DNA from: Bacillota bacterium
Lineage (GTDB): Bacteria; Bacillota; Clostridia; Christensenellales; Pumilibacteraceae
NCBI GenBank assembly: GCA_009783985.1
Contig: WQVM01000001.1
Span: forward strand, 7,921 to 71,920
DNA length: 64,000 nucleotides
Direction of reading: 5' to 3'
How positions within the stretch are numbered: position 1 is the stretch's first letter; each line of letters starts with the position of its first letter. Under the pieces are notes generated by a model, which saw only the letters and a program-made list of their open reading frames with translations, had not been told where the DNA came from and did not search any database. Made by a program: the position numbers and the translations under genes. Shown piece by piece: positions 36,110 through 41,920 of the stretch.

Positions 36110-39100
36110 ATGAAAAGTAAAAGCAAGATTATGCAAATAACTGCTTTAGTCTTAGCGGTATTTATGAGTATGTCGTTCTTTGTTGCTTGCGGTGGTGGCA
36201 ATTCTCATTTGGAAGACCGTATTTATCAGCTAGAGCAAGAAGCCAATGAGCGAGATAAACAAATCGCAGAATTAGAAAGACAGCTTGTGGCACTTCAAAA
36301 CCAAGTTGCTGGACTTCAGGGTCAGGTGGCAAGTTTGACATTGCTTATAAGCGAATTGCAAGATGAGATTGACGACCTAAAATACGATATTTACAATCTG
36401 ACAAAAGAGTTAGATGACCTTGATTACATTCAACAAGGACTAATTGATCAAATTGGTGCTCTTGAGGTTCTTATAGAGAGTCTTGGTGGTGTTGACCTTG
36501 ATGAATTGCTTGGACAAATAGCCGATCTCAAGTATGACTTGGCGGCGGCTGAATTAGAGACGGCACAAATAGAGATTAGACTAAATCAAAGAATAAATCA
36601 GCTTCAAACAGCGCTTGATAACAAAGCAGGCTTGCAAGGACAAATATCAGCACTACTTGCAAGAGTAGAAGAACTAGAGGCGATAATTGACGGGCAGTCA
36701 AGTCCTGCAACTGGAAGAGAATTGAGTGTGATTCAGAACGCTTTAATTGCGGAGGGCTTTACGGCTCAAATTATAACGGCTAGCGGATACACAATGCTTG
36801 TTGCCGAAAGAAACAATGATTGGGTAATTGTTATTCATTATGCAACCAATGCACTTGCTGCACAAAATATAAATTACTGGCAAGGGGCTGTGCTTACACT
36901 TAGACCACAATCAGACCCAAATGATATTAACTTTACGCTTGAGGGACGCAACTTAATATTTAGTTATACTTATGACGATAGTGGTAACGGACCAATAAAC
37001 GGCTATGCTGTTTATACTGCTGTTGATGCTCACATTCGTGGCAATAGGTTGATTTTTAGTATTTTTAGCGGAGTAGCTGGGGATTTTGATGTGGTGATTT
37101 CGGGGGTTGGAAATTATGCAGTCCGTGTAAATGATGTGCAAGTAATAGCGGAAGCAGCGACGGATGCTAATATAAGTTTGCCATTAAGAAGGGGAAATAA
37201 TCTTGTTGAATTGACGGGGAATGTTAGTGCCTTTGATAATATTACTTTTGATAATAAAACTGTAAGTGCTGAAGTCGGTGCTTCGGTCGCTTATGTGACA
37301 CGCTTGTTTGGGGTAGGTTCGACTACGAACGGAACTATCATTGGTCCATCAAGACAAGTCAATTCGTCAACTGGCGGAGCAAGTGTAGCACTTAATAATG
37401 CGATAGCAGGTGAGACAGTTGGAAGAAGTGCGGTAAGATTACAAGGACAGGGACAATATGTTTCGTGGACACTAACTCAAGATGCAAATGCTTTTTCTGT
37501 AAGAGCAAGTATCCCTGATAATGCAACAGGAACAGGGATTGATGCAACAATAGGTTTATTTGCGGGAAACACAAGAGTAGGCTCTGTGCCATTAACATCA
37601 AGACATTCGTGGCTTTATGGAACATACGGCGGAGATGGTGCAATTGAGCAATGGAGCAACAATCCTAGTTATGGCAATCCAAGAAATTTCTTCAACGAAG
37701 GCAGATTATTGCTTGGTCAAACTTTTGCGGCAGGGACTGTAATGAGTCTAAGAATTGCGGCGGAAGATACAGCAGAATGGTATGTCATTGACCTTGTTGA
37801 TTATGAGATGGTGGATGATGCCATCGGTCACACTATAGGGTGGACATCAATTGCAGCACACGGTGCAGTTGCAAACAGTCCTGCTAGTGCAGCGGCGAAT
37901 TTGGTCGCACTAATTGCGGCAATTACTGCGGCAAGGAGTACTGCGGCAAATACAGTTTATATCCCAGCAGGAGTGTTTTATTTTCCACAAATGAATTACA
38001 CTGTGCAAGGGGAAACGATTACAAGGGGGCATAATCTTTGGATAAGCTCTCATTATAATGGTGTAACTATAAGAGGTGCAGGCAAATGGCATACAGAGAT
38101 TAGAGGTGGTTTGACTTTTACTGTTAGTGCTAACGATGCGACATTCCTTGATATGGCATTTGTAGGGAATGAGGTCATAAGACGAAACCCTGCGGCAAGG
38201 GCACTTTTTGAAAACGGTTATAACGAAAACATATCAGGCTTTACCGCTCACAATATTTATATATCAAGATACAAAGTTGGTTTTTGGTTTATCAACGGTA
38301 ATAACTATGTTGTAATGGGCAATCGTGTCAGGGATGTTTTTGCAGACGGTATTAACCTAGCAAGAGGAATCAATAATTCTACAATTGCTAACAATTCGTG
38401 GCGAAATTTAGGTGATGATGCTATTGCTCAATGGTCACAAGGGATGTTTAATTCTCATAATGTTGTGCGTAATAATACAATCGAAGTAACATGGCTTGCA
38501 AATGGTATTGCTGTATATGGCGGTGGTGCAGGGCTAGTAATAGAAAATAACATTATACAAGACACCGTGCATGTCGGTGCGGGCATAAATATTTCAACAG
38601 ACTTCAACACTAATTTTAATTCGGAGGCGACAATCAGTGTAAGGAGTAATCTACTTAAGCGTACAGGGTCAGTTCATTGGCAAAGTTTTGATATTGGTGC
38701 TATTTGGATAAATATTGCAGGCAACAGGAATATAAATCCTACGGCATTTACAATAGAAGATAATACAATTTTGGATAGTTCATTTGCAGCACTTTCAATA
38801 AGTGGCACGGGGAATTTATCTAATACAATTTTTAATGACAATATGATAGATGATGCAAGGGAGATTATATATGTAGATTTAGGAGCTAGCGGAACAATTA
38901 TCGCAAGGGATAATATAACCTCAAATATTACAAGAGCAAATATAAATAATTCATCAAGTTTCACTATTGCTAACACTGGCAACATTAATTTGCCTGGAAA
39001 TGGAGCTGACATTGAAGAGGCTATTGCAGCATTGCCAGCACCCATGGTTGGAAGACTAAGATTGTTTGTGTATAATGGTTTTAATGTTGTTGAAGGGACG

Positions 39101-39769
39101 CCTAGAATACACGCATGGGTTGGTGGAACACCGATGTTCTATCATGTAAATATGACGCAAATCGCTGACACAAATTGGTATTTTGCTGATAGCACTGCTA
39201 ATATTGCTGCTTCTTTAGAAATAGCGATATTACATGAGGATGGGGACTGGAGTGTGGTTGGTCACACAGGCTGGACATTTGCCGAAGGATTGCCTTCTAG
39301 GTTTTTTGTATTAACAGAGCCAGATACTTTTATTTCTGACCCTTACGGCTTTACTTCAATATCATCGGCACTAGCAGGAATCGCTGCTCATGGGGGCGGC
39401 GGTTCGGTTGAGCTTCCGCCAGTTGCTGATACTGCAACAAGAATATGGTTTTTGAATAGCGGCGGTTGGGGACAGCCTTTCTTGCATGCGTGGCATTATC
39501 CGTCAGGTGGACCAGTAGATCTTTTGGGGTCATGGGGAAGTGAAACTCAGAGAATGAATCGCTATCAAAATACAAATTGGTGGTGGATTGATATTCCTCA
39601 AAACGCACTACTGAGCCCGATTAGTATGATAATAAGGTCTGATGCTAATGATAGCCTTAGAGCAACATTGACAGTTGACCACAATAGAGACAACCTATAT
39701 ATAACATGGCAAGGCGGAAACACAGCAGGACTTAGACACGCAAACAAAGCCGCAGCAGGCTTACTGTAG
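36110..39769 (+). CDS. Surface lipoprotein: ~165-aa coiled-coil stalk, GH87-like beta-sandwich/beta-helix catalytic region, two C-terminal CBM-like modules
   Basis: Lipobox FFVACGG. Heptad-rich LEQEANERDKQIAELERQLVALQNQVAGLQGQV.... AFSVRASIPDNATGTGIDATIGLFAGN...TSRHSWLYG. DGINL, GDDAIAQWS, WLANGIAVYGG, GAGINIST. C-terminal RIWFLNSGGWGQP...NWWW. Confidence 0.6.
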   Translation: MKSKSKIMQITALVLAVFMSMSFFVACGGGNSHLEDRIYQLEQEANERDKQIAELERQLVALQNQVAGLQGQVASLTLLISELQDEIDDLKYDIYNLTKELDDLDYIQQGLIDQIGALEVLIESLGGVDLDELLGQIADLKYDLAAAELETAQIEIRLNQRINQLQTALDNKAGLQGQISALLARVEELEAIIDGQSSPATGRELSVIQNALIAEGFTAQIITASGYTMLVAERNNDWVIVIHYATNALAAQNINYWQGAVLTLRPQSDPNDINFTLEGRNLIFSYTYDDSGNGPINGYAVYTAVDAHIRGNRLIFSIFSGVAGDFDVVISGVGNYAVRVNDVQVIAEAATDANISLPLRRGNNLVELTGNVSAFDNITFDNKTVSAEVGASVAYVTRLFGVGSTTNGTIIGPSRQVNSSTGGASVALNNAIAGETVGRSAVRLQGQGQYVSWTLTQDANAFSVRASIPDNATGTGIDATIGLFAGNTRVGSVPLTSRHSWLYGTYGGDGAIEQWSNNPSYGNPRNFFNEGRLLLGQTFAAGTVMSLRIAAEDTAEWYVIDLVDYEMVDDAIGHTIGWTSIAAHGAVANSPASAAANLVALIAAITAARSTAANTVYIPAGVFYFPQMNYTVQGETITRGHNLWISSHYNGVTIRGAGKWHTEIRGGLTFTVSANDATFLDMAFVGNEVIRRNPAARALFENGYNENISGFTAHNIYISRYKVGFWFINGNNYVVMGNRVRDVFADGINLARGINNSTIANNSWRNLGDDAIAQWSQGMFNSHNVVRNNTIEVTWLANGIAVYGGGAGLVIENNIIQDTVHVGAGINISTDFNTNFNSEATISVRSNLLKRTGSVHWQSFDIGAIWINIAGNRNINPTAFTIEDNTILDSSFAALSISGTGNLSNTIFNDNMIDDAREIIYVDLGASGTIIARDNITSNITRANINNSSSFTIANTGNINLPGNGADIEEAIAALPAPMVGRLRLFVYNGFNVVEGTPRIHAWVGGTPMFYHVNMTQIADTNWYFADSTANIAASLEIAILHEDGDWSVVGHTGWTFAEGLPSRFFVLTEPDTFISDPYGFTSISSALAGIAAHGGGGSVELPPVADTATRIWFLNSGGWGQPFLHAWHYPSGGPVDLLGSWGSETQRMNRYQNTNWWWIDIPQNALLSPISMIIRSDANDSLRATLTVDHNRDNLYITWQGGNTAGLRHANKAAAGLL

Positions 39770-39882
39770 CAACGACATAAGGCAAGCTTTCCCCACCCAA
39801 TTAGATAAAAGTTAGAATTAGTAATGTCTAAGTTTGGGTGTAATCAGCTTTGGTAATATTGTCAAAGATTGGTTTTATGTGT

Positions 39883-39936
39883 TTTTGTATTAAAATAGAG
39901 TTCACCAAATTTGGTGAACTCTATTTTAATACAAAA
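39883..39936. terminator. Long AT-rich perfect palindrome, probable bidirectional terminator closing the glycan locus
   Basis: TTTTGTATTAAAATAGAGTTCACCAAA|TTTGGTGAACTCTATTTTAATACAAAA. Confidence 0.7.
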
Positions 39937-40155
39937 CACTCACAAAATAAGCTCAAATAATAAGATTGGAAAGAGTAAAAACAAAGCTTTTAATCCATTA
40001 AAAAACCAGGTGACAATTATGTCGATGGTTATTTGTTTCGTGGATTAGAATTGAAAAAACATTAAAAAAGTATGGTTCTAAAAAGGAGTGAAAATGAAAG
40101 CAGTATGGTTGTTTTTTTGTTGTAAAACTTATTATTAGAACAAAGTAAAAACTGT

Positions 40156-40184
40156 TTGACATAAGTATTTATTTGTGTTATACT
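40156..40184 (+). promoter_or_regulatory. Consensus-grade orphan promoter
   Basis: TTGACA (40156-40161), 17-nt spacer ending in TGT (extended -10), TATACT (40179-40184). Confidence 0.7.
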
Positions 40185-40190
40185 CTCACT

Positions 40191-40464
40191 AATTATTATT
40201 GTTAGTAGCGATGGAATAAATGGATGCATGCTGGCGATGGTGGCTTTAGAGATGCTCAAGTTTGTATGGGAATGTTCCGCCTGCATGGCATACAGATCTT
40301 TGGGTGCATTGAGCAGATGACCAGACTAGAACAGTATAAATCAACTATATAAATCAAAATCCAAAATCAATTCATATTTCATAACATTCGTGTGTTTGGC
40401 TGCTATACGAAGTGGGACACAGTTGTCCTCACTTTAGTCTTAGTGCTAGAGTGGGGATTTTTTC
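40191..40464 (+). ncRNA. Candidate ~270-nt non-coding RNA of unknown class
   Basis: Bounded by the consensus promoter and a terminator (CCTCACTTTA...TAGAGTGGGG + ATTTTTT, 40427-40464). No RBS-preceded ORF. 5' CTCT-CACTAA can pair with 3' TTAGTG-CT-AGAG. Internal stem ATGCATGCTGGCG / CGCCTGCATGGCAT. Confidence 0.4.
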
Positions 40465-41153
40465 ATGCTTTTTGAGGCTTATTTGGCAATATTTCGTCAA
40501 ACAAGGTGCTTTTGACGTAGGTTGGACTCCGCTCTTGTCCACCTTTTGCAACTTTATAGGCGAGAGCATTTGACACCATTTCAGCGGAAAAAGTCTTAGT
40601 GCGCTTTTGTTTGAATAATTTGGCAAAAAATCAAAAATCTTTGAATTTTTTGCCCCAAATCTTTGATTAATTTTGGCAAGGTAGGGACTCCAACTCACGG
40701 CATATTCGTCCAAACCACGACATTAAGCCATTTGCACAAATTTAGCACATTTAGTATGCAGGTTGGAATCCTCGACCAGTTGCACCTTGTATTTTAGATT
40801 GTTGCCACAGTGTAGTAATAAATCATCACGAACTAAACCGATCAAAGTCGCTGTTCAGGTTTTGTGCCACCTAACATCCCATAGCCAACAAAAGAAACAC
40901 CGTAAGTCCCATACTCGCAGAAATTGATGCGTTTGTGGGGTTTTGCTGATGCCAATGAGGGTTTGTTGGGTTTCTTAATTCGCCGTGATCGCACAAGACT
41001 TTTGGTGCTAGACACAACTCCAGAGCAGTAGCCAATATCATCTAACCATAACAATAAACAAAATACAATCATTTGCAATTCAAACTTTCTCAAGCCTGAG
41101 TGAGATGTGCTATTTTCTCAGTTAAATAAAGCTGTAAACAAAACTAAAAAATC

Positions 41154-41650
41154 GTCAATTTTCAAAGTAAGTGCAACTGTGACACCCGTCGTGGCAGTTA
41201 GTTTGGGAAAAGATGCGTTTAGTTTGGCAAGTGCCACTTTAAGTGGCTAAAATGGATGGTTTTGCAAATAGAAAATCGAGCCAATAAAATTGCCGTTCCA
41301 AACTAAATGCCACAAAGGGTTGCATTTAGTTTGGAAGCAATAATATGTGCTTTACCCATTTTATAAGTACCGCCAACCTTGACCATTCATAAAGAAAATG
41401 CTTTTTATTATATTGCAAAGGCGACAAAACTCAAGAGTAGAATTGGCTTTTTTGCCGCCTTTGAGATTAAAGTATAGCATTTTATTTATGAATTGTCAAG
41501 GTCAAGCCGCCAGCAAGCTGACGGTGGCTCAGCGTTGGTCATTTTTTGCAGGTTCTAAAATCTAAGGGTAGATAAATTAACCACACTAAATGCATCCTCA
41601 AAATCCCTCCCACTTTAAACGCCACAGTTGCACTTAGTTTGAAAATTGAC
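41154..41650. mobile_element. 497-bp non-autonomous (MITE-like) element with 28-bp terminal inverted repeats, flanked by 13-bp direct repeats
   Basis: Left end GTCAATTTTCAAAGTAAGTGCAACTGTG (41154-41181). Right end CACAGTTGCACTTAGTTTGAAAATTGAC (41623-41650). 27/28 complementary by eye. AAAACTAAAAAAT at 41140-41152 and 41652-41664, each 1 nt from the inverted repeat. No ORF inside. Confidence 0.55.
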
Positions 41651-41696
41651 TAAAACTAAAAAATTGTAGCCAATGTCGGAAGTTGCCCCAAATGTC

Positions 41697-41725
41697 TTGC
41701 ATTTACCAAACAAATATGCTAGAAT
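41697..41725 (+). promoter_or_regulatory. Promoter upstream of a 23-codon micro-ORF
   Basis: TTGCAT, 17-nt spacer ending in TGC, TAGAAT. Confidence 0.55.
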
Positions 41726-41748
41726 TTAGATGTGGGAGACAACATATA

Positions 41749-41820
41749 ATGAATTTGCCAAAACCTGAAAAAGCTTGTGCAAAAAAACAACTTGTCCTAA
41801 AATTTATAAAAAAACTCTAA
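41749..41820 (+). CDS. Possible 23-aa cationic micro-ORF (MNLPKPEKACAKKQLVLKFIKKL) or leader peptide
   Basis: GGGAGA RBS 8 nt upstream of the ATG. Promoter at 41697. Below the ORF-track length cut-off. Confidence 0.25.
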   Translation: MNLPKPEKACAKKQLVLKFIKKL

Positions 41821-41826
41821 AATTAG

Positions 41827-41855
41827 TTGCATTATTTTTTGAAATATGGTAATAT
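41827..41855 (+). promoter_or_regulatory. Promoter of the PrsA-like gene
   Basis: TTGCAT, 17-nt spacer ending in TGG, TAATAT. Confidence 0.55.
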
Positions 41856-41920
41856 ATTAGGTAGGCTATTCTATCCTAAGGGTGGTTTAGCCAAAAATCT
41901 TGAGGTCTTGTGATTAGAAA

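Noticed and set aside
40191-40464. Identification of the candidate RNA as SRP RNA, tmRNA, RNase P RNA or a riboswitch
   Set aside because: No CAGGUCCGGAAGGAAGCAGC-type SRP domain IV, no GGGG...CCACCA tmRNA ends or tag ORF, and no GAGGAAAGUCC P4 motif. No downstream gene for a riboswitch. The class remains unknown; a 6S-like identity is possible but unprovable by eye.
40429-41093. Minus-strand ORFs 40429-40713 (94 aa) and 40842-41093 (83 aa), plus 40062-40286 (74 aa)
   Set aside because: No SD sequences, no recognisable motifs, and they overlap repeat and hairpin sequence. Most likely non-coding, with low confidence either way.
17046-41664. Intact prophage or ICE
   Set aside because: No capsid, tail, terminase, conjugation or relaxase genes. 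The only recombinase is truncated and frameshifted. At most this is a fossil island.
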